The position numbers were made by a program, and so were the translations under genes. A stretch of DNA of 61,712 bases, the filler included. It is 10 parts of 10 records of this genome, joined end to end, with 100 filler letters (N's around TTAATTAATTAA, not from the genome) between each part and the next. Parts side by side here need not be neighbours in the genome. Positions count along the whole stretch, not along the records: positions 33,017 to 38,288 come from SRR31147125_40747; positions 38,389 to 43,570 come from SRR31147125_40763; 8 more parts are not named here. One strand, 5' to 3'. The stretch's first letter is position 1, and each line of letters starts with the position of its first letter. Positions 33,498-41,937 of this stretch are shown piece after piece. The notes under the pieces were generated by a model that did no database searches, had not been told where the DNA came from, and was given only the letters and a program-made list of their open reading frames with translations.

Positions 33498-35921
33498 ATG
33501 TTATATCGAATTAAGGTTATAATTACACTTCTGTTTGTGATAAATTCAATTTTATTTTCACAACCAGATATCCAGTTTGTTAATTATACCCAGGATGATG
33601 GTTTATCTCAAAATTCAATTTATACAATTCTTCAGGATTTTAGAGGTTTTATGTGGTTTGGTACCCAAAACGGATTAAACCGGTATGATGGTATTTCTTT
33701 TAAAACATATTATAATATTCCGGGAGATACTGTCAGTTTAAGAAATAATATAATTACCTGTTTGCATGAGGATGGCAAAAATAATCTTTGGATTGGTACC
33801 ATGGGAGGTGGATTGCACCGGTATAACAGGAGCGAAGATAATTTTGTAAATTATGATCTTAACCTCGAGAAAAATGTTATTCGCTGTATATTCGAAGATT
33901 CCAACCAAAATTTATGGATTGGTACAAATAGCGGGTTGGTTTTATTTAAATACGAAGTAGAGGGATATATAAAATATTCATACAACCCCGATAATATTTT
34001 TGGTATCTCAGGAAATTATATAAATGCCATAGTGGAAGATAATTATGGTTCTATCTGGCTTGCCATTCAAAACACAGGGTTAGAGAAATTCGATATAAAC
34101 ACGCAGACTTTCAGGAATATAAATAAAATAACAAAGAATAATAAATCCTTTAATATTAGAGATATAAACACTCTTTTCTATGATGGTAATAATACTGTTT
34201 GGATAGGTACAATTAACAATGGACTTATAAAATTTAATCCAGCTACTTATGAATTTACCGCTATACCATATTCAATAAGTGGGCATATGCCAGATAAATT
34301 AGGTCATTATAATGTATCAAAGATAATTTCAGACACTAATGATGCTTTATGGGTTGGTACAATGGGAGGGGGCGTTTCGCATTATGATTTAATTGAAAAA
34401 CGTTTTAAGCACTATGTACATCACAAATCATTAAAAACAAGCCTAACCAAAAACTCAATTAATACATTATTCAGTGATAAAAATGGAAATTTGTGGATTG
34501 GTACGGAGAGTGGGGGCATAAATTTTTATGATAAAAGCCGAAAAAAGTTTCACTTAATTTCTCATCTTCCGGAAGATAAAAATAGCTTAAATACCAATTC
34601 GGTATTGAGCATTGAAGAAGCCAACGACGGAAGTATATGGTTTGGACTGGATGAAGGCGGTATATCAAGATATGATGTAGGTAAGAAAGAGTTTGAACAA
34701 TATATGCCAGAAAATGGTGTGTCGGGTCTGTCTCACCACGTAATAATTGATGTATTTGAAGATGCCGACAAAAATATGTGGATTGTTCCTGCTGGTAGGG
34801 GATTGGATTTATTTAACCCGGCAACAAGAACTTTTCGTAATTTCAGAAATGTTAATTATCCTGATCCATCAAATTCGGTCCGAGTTATTTATGAAGACAC
34901 GGATAACCTTCTATGGGCTGGGACAAATGGCAATGGTCTTGCTTTGTTTGATCGCGATACAAAAAAATACATCACGTATTACGTTAACAATCCAAAAGAT
35001 AGGAATACGTTAAGTAACAATGATGTTACTGATATCATAGAAGATAGCATCGGGAATATTTGGGTTGGTACCTGGGGCGGACTTAATAAGTTTAATAAAG
35101 ACAAAGAAAACTTTGTTAGCTACATACAGGACTATAGTAGTCCCACAAGTATCTCAAACAACGAAATTACGTGTCTTTTTATTGATAGTAAAAGTAATCT
35201 TTGGATAGGTACATACGGGGGATTAAACAAATATGTGAAAGAGATTGATGGATTTAAGACTTTTAGTCAAAATATAAACCTGCCAAATAATGTTGTCTGT
35301 GCCATTGAAGAAGATAATACAGGTAACCTTTGGGTAAGTACTTATAAAGGCCTTTCAAAATTTAACCCTGAAACAAATCAGGTAATAAACTATGATGAAC
35401 GTGATGGATTGCAGGATAATATATTTAATCTTAGATCATCGCATAAAACTAAAGACGGGACAATGTATTTTGGGGGGATAAACGGGGCAACCTATTTTTA
35501 TCCCGATAGCATAAAAGAATCGCAGATTCGCTCTGAAATTACATTTACCGGATTTAAAATATTTAATAAACAGGTTAATGTTGCTGATGAAGGTTCGCCT
35601 TTGAAAAATAATATTTGGGAAACCGAATATATTAAGCTGAAATACAACCAGTCTTCATTCTCTTTTGAATTTGTAGAGCTAAATTTTTCAACATCGGCAA
35701 AAATAGATTTTAAATATATACTGGAGAATTATAACCAGGATTGGATTGTTACTAAGCAACAAGAAGCAAGTTTTACCAATGTGCCACCTGGTAATTATTC
35801 TTTTAAATTAACATTAAACAATCCTGGAGAAAATCTAGAAGTTCCTGTTCGTAATATCTATATCGAAATCACACCACCTTTTTGGCAATCCTGGTGGTTT
35901 AGGTATTGGTGGCTTCAATAA
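33498..35921 (+). CDS. Periplasmic beta-propeller (Reg_prop) + Y_Y_Y sensor; N-terminal part of a frameshifted gene
   Basis: DGLSQNSI..ILQD..GFMWFGT, about 14 LWIGT-type blades, FTNVPPGNYSF (Y_Y_Y) and ITPPFWQSWWFR immediately before the expected TM helix. Confidence 0.88.
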   Translation: MLYRIKVIITLLFVINSILFSQPDIQFVNYTQDDGLSQNSIYTILQDFRGFMWFGTQNGLNRYDGISFKTYYNIPGDTVSLRNNIITCLHEDGKNNLWIGTMGGGLHRYNRSEDNFVNYDLNLEKNVIRCIFEDSNQNLWIGTNSGLVLFKYEVEGYIKYSYNPDNIFGISGNYINAIVEDNYGSIWLAIQNTGLEKFDINTQTFRNINKITKNNKSFNIRDINTLFYDGNNTVWIGTINNGLIKFNPATYEFTAIPYSISGHMPDKLGHYNVSKIISDTNDALWVGTMGGGVSHYDLIEKRFKHYVHHKSLKTSLTKNSINTLFSDKNGNLWIGTESGGINFYDKSRKKFHLISHLPEDKNSLNTNSVLSIEEANDGSIWFGLDEGGISRYDVGKKEFEQYMPENGVSGLSHHVIIDVFEDADKNMWIVPAGRGLDLFNPATRTFRNFRNVNYPDPSNSVRVIYEDTDNLLWAGTNGNGLALFDRDTKKYITYYVNNPKDRNTLSNNDVTDIIEDSIGNIWVGTWGGLNKFNKDKENFVSYIQDYSSPTSISNNEITCLFIDSKSNLWIGTYGGLNKYVKEIDGFKTFSQNINLPNNVVCAIEEDNTGNLWVSTYKGLSKFNPETNQVINYDERDGLQDNIFNLRSSHKTKDGTMYFGGINGATYFYPDSIKESQIRSEITFTGFKIFNKQVNVADEGSPLKNNIWETEYIKLKYNQSSFSFEFVELNFSTSAKIDFKYILENYNQDWIVTKQQEASFTNVPPGNYSFKLTLNNPGENLEVPVRNIYIEITPPFWQSWWFRYWWLQ

Positions 35922-36685
35922 TTATAATATCAGTATTTTCTTTACACTGGTTGAGGATTTACAAAATCAAAAAGCAAAATGAAAAACTTGATGCATTAGT
36001 TAAAAAAAGAACGAAGCAGTTGCATGAGGAAAAAGAAAAAGTTGAAGAGCATGCCACATCATTAAAGAAAGCAAATGTTGAGATACTTCATAAAAATATA
36101 CATTTAGAATTTCAAAAAGAGGAGATACAGGAACATACCAAACAAATAGAGAAAATGAACAAGCTCTTGCAGATGAGGTATGAGGATCTTCAAAAAAATG
36201 TTGATGAAATTTCAAAAGCCCGTGTAATGCAAAAAAGGGTCAGCTACGAAGAATTTTGTAAGATTTATCCAGATGATGAGTCATGCATTCAATTTATCAG
36301 GGAGTTAAAAGTTAACACGCTCTTTTCGTGCAGAAAATGCCAACATACCGAATACTCAGAACAGGAAGGTACTTTTTTAAGACGGTGCAAAAAATGTGGA
36401 TACCGTGAACCTGTTACACTCAATACAATTTTCTACAGGCTAAAGTTCCCCATTGTTAAGGCATTCTATATTTTATACCTAGTAAGCATGGGACGCGAAC
36501 TTACAATAGATGAAATTTCGCAATTGGTATTGCTTCGCAGGGAAACTTGTTGGACATTTAAAAATAAGGTGATTGAAGTAATGAAAACCAGGAAACGATT
36601 TAAGAATCCGAAAGAAGGTTGGAAAGAGCTAATAATCTTACCGGCTTCAATGAATAAGAAAGCAGCACAAACAAAAGATAGGTAA
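35903..36685 (+). CDS. C-terminal part of the same sensor: TM helix, coiled coil, IS1595-like Zn-ribbon/HTH domain
   Basis: The -1 frame continues VLVASIIIISVF (TM), then LDALVKKRTKQL (coiled coil), then YPDDESC..CRKC..CKKC..VTLNTIFYRLKFP..ISQLVLLRRETCWTFKNKV. Confidence 0.8.
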   Translation, partial: VLVASIIIISVFSLHWLRIYKIKKQNEKLDALVKKRTKQLHEEKEKVEEHATSLKKANVEILHKNIHLEFQKEEIQEHTKQIEKMNKLLQMRYEDLQKNVDEISKARVMQKRVSYEEFCKIYPDDESCIQFIRELKVNTLFSCRKCQHTEYSEQEGTFLRRCKKCGYREPVTLNTIFYRLKFPIVKAFYILYLVSMGRELTIDEISQLVLLRRETCWTFKNKVIEVMKTRKRFKNPKEGWKELIILPASMNKKAAQTKDR

Positions 36686-36760
36686 AGTGTTTGATTCGTT
36701 TGATGTTGAAATTTCAATTAGACAACAACGTCAATCGGCAAAAAATAGAATGCAGAAGGA

Positions 36761-37132
36761 TTACTTTACATATTTATTTATTGCTTCAACCAACTCTTCT
36801 TTTTCAAAAGGTTTTTGAAAACATCCTTTTATTAGATCTTCGTTAAGGGCATTTTCTATTTCTTTTGATACATCAAAACCTGTTAGTATAAAGTAGGAAA
36901 TTGCAGGTGCAATCTTAATTGCTTCCTTAATAAATTCAACACCACTCAATTTTGGCATCCTCATGTCGCTAACAACTGCGTCAATATTATTGTTGTTGCG
37001 CATAAATTCAAGACTTTCTACCGGAGATTCAAATGTTACTATTTTGAACTCATTATTAAACATTGCTTCAAAGAGCATGAGATTTATAGGTTCATCATCA
37101 ACGTACAGGATGGATATTTGATTTTGTTCCAA
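36761..37132 (-). CDS. Stand-alone response regulator receiver protein
   Basis: YVDDE, SDMRMP, ILTG, FQKP. Confidence 0.9.
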   Translation of the reverse strand: MEQNQISILYVDDEPINLMLFEAMFNNEFKIVTFESPVESLEFMRNNNNIDAVVSDMRMPKLSGVEFIKEAIKIAPAISYFILTGFDVSKEIENALNEDLIKGCFQKPFEKEELVEAINKYVK

Positions 37133-37230
37133 TGATTTTTATTTTGACACAAAAATTATAAAAAATTTAGATACTACAATACGAAAAAGCATTAAAATGG
37201 TTAATTAGCGGTATGGCTAAAAAAAATCGA

Positions 37231-37555
37231 CTAAACTGTAATTAGTTTTTCTCCTGATTTTAAATATGTTGTTAATGGTTCACCTAAATAACGCACATCA
37301 ATACCTAATTTCAAAAGTTTATCTGTAGCACCCAGATTATCACAGCAATCTTTACATGCTTCAATATTAACTCCAAGATTTTGCATTTCTTTAATTTCAG
37401 TTTGAACCTGGCCGTCCGTTGCAACTATTCTTGCTGATGCACCCCAGATAATAACATTAACTTCTTCCCACCAATTATGCCTTTTGGAGTATCGCTATCA
37501 TATTGAAAATTGTATCCTTATCGGTTGTTGTCCAGAGAATATTAAGCTTGTTCAT
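37231..37555 (-). pseudogene. DsrE-family protein, frameshifted
   Basis: Manual translation: MNKLNILWTTTDKDTIFNMIA, then a second frame SKRHNWWEEVNVIIWGASAR...IEACKDCCDNLG...KLITV-stop. The span is 325 nt, not a multiple of 3. Confidence 0.75.
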
Positions 37556-37711
37556 GTTTTATGTTTAATAACTGTTTGCAAAATAAGAGTTTAATTTTTC
37601 TAACCGGTTGCAAATGTTAAAAAAAACACAAAATTGTTTAGTCTTAAATCAATTGTGTTAAACAAGTGTTTAAACTCAGAATTGAATATTTAAAAACTTA
37701 AATTTTTAAAA

Positions 37712-38275
37712 ATGAAAACGATTAAAATTTTATTGGTACTAGCTCTATTTTCTATTGGAGGAATTTTAAATGCACAGCAAATAAATCTTGGAAAATCGAA
37801 TATAAAATGGACTGGAAACAAGGTTGGAGGCAGCCATTATGGTAAAATTAAGATTAAAAGTGGATCTTTAGAAGTTAGCGATAATTCTATTTCAAGTGGC
37901 AAATTTACTGTAGACATGACTTCAATTACCAATGATGATTTAGATAATGCAAATTTCAACAAAAAGCTTGTTGATCATTTAAAGTCTGAAGATTTTTTTG
38001 GAGTAGAAAAATATCCTGAGTCTAATTTTGTGGTTACAAAAAGTACAAAGTTTTCAGGGGGCAAAGCAACCGTAACCGGCAAACTTACCATTAAGGGAAA
38101 AACAGAGGTAATTTCTTTTGATGTTATGAAAAAAAGCAGCACTGAATATTCGGCAAAAATTGAAATAGACAGATCAAAATTTGATGTTAGATATGGTTCA
38201 AAAACTTTCTTCAACGATATAGGAGATAAAGCGATTGACGATATCTTTATTCTAGAGGTTAAGATTGTAATCTAA
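37712..38275 (+). CDS. YceI family periplasmic protein
   Basis: SNIKWTGNKV, HLKSEDFF, GKLTIKG, IDRSKFDVRYGS. Confidence 0.92.
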   Translation: MKTIKILLVLALFSIGGILNAQQINLGKSNIKWTGNKVGGSHYGKIKIKSGSLEVSDNSISSGKFTVDMTSITNDDLDNANFNKKLVDHLKSEDFFGVEKYPESNFVVTKSTKFSGGKATVTGKLTIKGKTEVISFDVMKKSSTEYSAKIEIDRSKFDVRYGSKTFFNDIGDKAIDDIFILEVKIVI

Positions 38276-38390
38276 TTAACATAAAAAANNNNNNNNNNNN
38301 NNNNNNNNNNNNNNNNNNNNNNNNNNNNNNNNTTAATTAATTAANNNNNNNNNNNNNNNNNNNNNNNNNNNNNNNNNNNNNNNNNNNNAT

Positions 38391-38418
38391 GTAGCGACGC
38401 GATGCATCGCGTCGTTAC
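38391..38418. repeat. GTAG-type REP-like palindrome
   Basis: GTAG-CGACGCGATGCATCGCGTCG-TTAC; the 20-bp core is a perfect palindrome. Confidence 0.75.
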
Positions 38419-38552
38419 TGTTAATTCAGCAGGAACTTATATTTCTTAATTCTCAAACCCTTGCACTATAAGTATTTTCTTCTTTGCCGGAACAAAATAT
38501 AGCTGTAATTTATTCTACAAAAGTACAGATAATAAAATAAGAAGGATATACC

Positions 38553-39119
38553 ATGAAGAAAACTGTTATTGCATTAGCTCTGGTTGTAGCATTATTGTTC
38601 ACTTCCTGCTCAACAACGAAAGTGATCACAAATAAACATCGCGATAAATTACAACGCAAGGTCAATAAATATCGTCTTTTTGGCGGAGTTGCAGAAATTG
38701 GTGAAGCCATGAGCCAACGCGAAGATATCGCTCGTGACAAGGCACGTACCGACGCATATATCAAAATTGGACAGAGCATCCAATCAAGAATTGATGGTGT
38801 TTCCGCATTATACATCAAAGAAGAAGGACTTGGAGAAGATTCAGAGATCCAGGATGTATTTGAGAAAAGCGCTCAAGTGATCATCAATACAACTATCCAA
38901 GGTATCTTTGCCGTAGATGAAACGATCACCTTGAATCGCGATGGTGTTTATACCGCCTATGTTCTTTATGCTATCACACCTCGCTCGATCAACACCAGAT
39001 TAATGAAAGAATTGAGAGAACAACAACCTGAAGTATATGAACGTTTCTTGCTTTCAAAGACCCATGGATTAATGGAGCAAGAAGTAATGCAGTATGAGAA
39101 AGAAGTAACTAGTGATTAG
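38553..39119 (+). CDS. Lipoprotein (LPP20-like)
   Basis: Lipobox FTSC; GEAMSQREDIARDKARTDA..IGQSI pattern. Confidence 0.6.
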   Translation: MKKTVIALALVVALLFTSCSTTKVITNKHRDKLQRKVNKYRLFGGVAEIGEAMSQREDIARDKARTDAYIKIGQSIQSRIDGVSALYIKEEGLGEDSEIQDVFEKSAQVIINTTIQGIFAVDETITLNRDGVYTAYVLYAITPRSINTRLMKELREQQPEVYERFLLSKTHGLMEQEVMQYEKEVTSD

Positions 39120-39138
39120 TGACTGGTAACTAGTAAGT
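39104..39138 (+). repeat. Heptamer tandem repeat, 5 units
   Basis: AGTAACT AGTGATT AGTGACT GGTAACT AGTAAGT. Confidence 0.8.
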
Positions 39139-39173
39139 CACAAAGATAAATAAGAAACAATGGAATAATAATA

Positions 39174-39788
39174 TTGTCGGGGGACGATATGAAAACGAGT
39201 AAATTCGATTTTAATTCTTTTTACCATATTTACAACAGATCCATTGGAAATGAATTACTCTACCGTTTCGATAAGGATTATGAATATTTTCTTAAAAAAG
39301 CGGATCGATTTATTTCATCATATGCAGATATTATTGCATATTGCTTAATACCAAATCACTTTCATCTATTGATAAAGATTAAAGATCCGAAAGACCTTCC
39401 GGCTGGTATCCGACATATGGAGGATTTGCCGGATGGTCGAAGAAACCACACAGTAGACCAAGCTTTGAAGAATTTCTTTAATAGCTATACGCGCTCTTAT
39501 AATAATATTTATGAAAGGCACGGGAGATTATTCCAACATGGATACAAGTACAAAGAAATCAAGACAAATCAATATTTAATTTGGCTGATTTATTATATTC
39601 ATCGAAATCCTGTGCATCACAAACTCACGAATACATGCGATAAGTGGCCTTATTCATCTTATAATAGAATTATTGAGGAAGACAATAAATTGATATCAAA
39701 ATATATTTTTGATCTATATGGTGATAAAAATGAATTTATTGATTTTACATCTGATTTAACTTTAGAATACAAAAAAGAATTTTTATAA
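39174..39788 (+). mobile_element. REP-associated tyrosine transposase (RAYT, Y1 HUH family)
   Basis: YHIYNRS, AYCLIPNHFHLL (HUH), SYT..YN..RHGRLFQ, YIHRNPV, WPYSSY. The start may be ATG 39189. Confidence 0.9.
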
Positions 39789-39794
39789 TTTTTC

Positions 39795-39837
39795 GACCAG
39801 CCAGCATTCCACCTTCGGAGAATCAAGCTGGCAGGTC
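39795..39837. repeat. Imperfect palindrome just downstream of the RAYT gene (candidate cognate REP)
   Basis: GACCAGCCAGC...GCTGGCAGGTC; a related inverted copy lies inside the RAYT CDS at 39393-39438. Confidence 0.7.
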
Positions 39838-39844
39838 ATAGTTA

Positions 39845-41914
39845 CTAGTCACATGGTACAAATGATATCGCACAACCACCACCTGATGCCAATTTTATTG
39901 ATATATCAGAGCGGTGATTAACTTTAATCGTATCAATACTGTAATCATATGGATTATCATCCCAATGTGCATTCATTCCATCCGAGTAGATGATAGCTTT
40001 GTATTTCTTACCTTTATCCAGAAAATTGCAGTTAATATCTATTTTTCGGGATTCTTCATTCGAAATGCTACCCAGGAACCAATTGTCAGAATCGCGTTCT
40101 TTTCGGACGATCGTGACATATTCGCCAACCTCGCCATTGAGAACATGAGATTCTTCCCAATCAACAGCAACATCACGAATGAATTGAAAGGCAGGGTGGC
40201 CGTCATAGTTCTCGATAAGATCCGGAACCATTTGAATGGGACTATACAATACTACATAAAGTGCAAGCTGATGAGCTAAGGTCGTATTTATTTGATTATT
40301 AGGTTTATGTGGCTTTAGTTTAATATCAAAAACACCGGGCGTGAAATCAATGGGACCGGCTAACATGCGCGTAAATGCGATGGTTGGTAAATGATTGGGA
40401 GGATTACCGCCATCCGAAGACCATGCATTAAATTCCTGACCGCGTAAACCTTCTCTGGAAATTGCATTCGGGTAGGTTCTGCGAATACCGGTGGCTTTAA
40501 TGGGTTCATGCGCGTTGATGGCAATATTATATTTTGCGGCGGTTTCTATTACTTTTCTGTAATGTTTGACCATCCATTGACCGTGATGATAATAACCTTT
40601 AGGTTGAATTTTACCCACATATCCCGTTTTAACGGCCGATATGCCCAAATCGTTCATAAGTGCATAGGCAGTGTCCAATTGTTGCTCGTAAGTCCTTGGA
40701 GCGGCCGAGGTTTCGTGATGCATAATGATCTCTACACCTTTGCTCTTGCCATAAGCAACAACTTCTTCCAGGTCATAATCGGGGTAGGGCGTTACAAAAT
40801 CGAAAACACCTTCACGGTCAAAATCGCCAAACCAATGCTCCCAACCGGTGTTCCAGCCCTCGACAAGCAAAGCGCCAATTCCATTTTCAGCGCAAAAATC
40901 AATGTATTCTTTAGCATATTCCGTTGTAGCACCATGTCTACCGCTCGCCATATCCCATGATTTGGTCCCGATATGCATGTCCCACCAGATTCCCATGTAT
41001 TTTGTCGGTTCAAACCAGGAAACATCAATCTTAGCCGCTTCATTAAGGTTGACGATCAGGTTCGATTCGATCAGATCTCCCGCTTTTTCAGCTAGTTGGA
41101 TCGTTCTCCATGGAGTTTTAAAGGGAGTTGAGATCTTAGCCTTAATATTATCAAAATCACCTACCAGCTCTGAACTCATGCTTAAATTAACTGTATCGAT
41201 CTTTAATGTCATGCCGGGATAATCCGTCAGATTTGCTTCATGAAAACTAAGATAATAACCATCTTCGCTCTTCATCGTTACGGGTGTATTGACCGCATTA
41301 TAAGGGATATACGATTGAGCTAAGGAAGCATGGCTTCTGTAATATAAAGCATTGATCTGACTTAATTTTGTGTTTTTATATAGGTGCTCGTAAATATCCC
41401 AATCACCGGGGATCCACCAGACTTCATGATCATTTTTCAAGTTAAATTCGGTGTTCTCATCAAGGATGACAAGATCTTTCAGATCTTCATGCTCAGGCAA
41501 AATATAACGAAAACCAAGCCCGTCATTATAAACCTTGAATTCTACGATTAGTTCTCTAAACGGCGCTTCGACCTCTTTAAAGGTAACTGCCATCCCATTG
41601 TAATTATCTTTAACAATTTTTTGCTCGCCCCATGGCATTTCCCAGTCTTCATCGCGCTGTAATGTATATTCCCGTTCCTTAACCTTGAATTTTCCAAATG
41701 GAATTGTTTCGGTACTGAATTCAAATCCTAATTTTGATGTATCAATGACCGTTTTACCATGATATTTGACCATATAGTAGGGAATACCATCCTCTGTAAC
41801 ATCTGCGCGCAAAACTATCTTGTTATCGGGAGAACCGATCCTTTTAAATGATAATATTGAGCAGGAATACAGCAATAATGCCAAGAGTAAAAGAATTAAC
41901 ACAGACTTTTTCAT
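39845..41914 (-). CDS. Glycoside hydrolase family 97 (SusB-like alpha-glucosidase), lipoprotein
   Basis: KYMGIWW, LLVEGWN, MHHET, NAHE, REGLRGQE, FTRMLAGPIDFTPG. Confidence 0.93.
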   Translation of the reverse strand: MKKSVLILLLLALLLYSCSILSFKRIGSPDNKIVLRADVTEDGIPYYMVKYHGKTVIDTSKLGFEFSTETIPFGKFKVKEREYTLQRDEDWEMPWGEQKIVKDNYNGMAVTFKEVEAPFRELIVEFKVYNDGLGFRYILPEHEDLKDLVILDENTEFNLKNDHEVWWIPGDWDIYEHLYKNTKLSQINALYYRSHASLAQSYIPYNAVNTPVTMKSEDGYYLSFHEANLTDYPGMTLKIDTVNLSMSSELVGDFDNIKAKISTPFKTPWRTIQLAEKAGDLIESNLIVNLNEAAKIDVSWFEPTKYMGIWWDMHIGTKSWDMASGRHGATTEYAKEYIDFCAENGIGALLVEGWNTGWEHWFGDFDREGVFDFVTPYPDYDLEEVVAYGKSKGVEIIMHHETSAAPRTYEQQLDTAYALMNDLGISAVKTGYVGKIQPKGYYHHGQWMVKHYRKVIETAAKYNIAINAHEPIKATGIRRTYPNAISREGLRGQEFNAWSSDGGNPPNHLPTIAFTRMLAGPIDFTPGVFDIKLKPHKPNNQINTTLAHQLALYVVLYSPIQMVPDLIENYDGHPAFQFIRDVAVDWEESHVLNGEVGEYVTIVRKERDSDNWFLGSISNEESRKIDINCNFLDKGKKYKAIIYSDGMNAHWDDNPYDYSIDTIKVNHRSDISIKLASGGGCAISFVPCD

Positions 41915-41937
41915 AAAACTTCCTTGTTTAGATATAA

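Noticed and set aside
36238-36685. An intact IS1595-family insertion sequence
   Set aside because: No DDE catalytic domain and no terminal inverted repeats were seen, and the domain is in frame with a TM helix and coiled coil. Treated as a fused domain instead.
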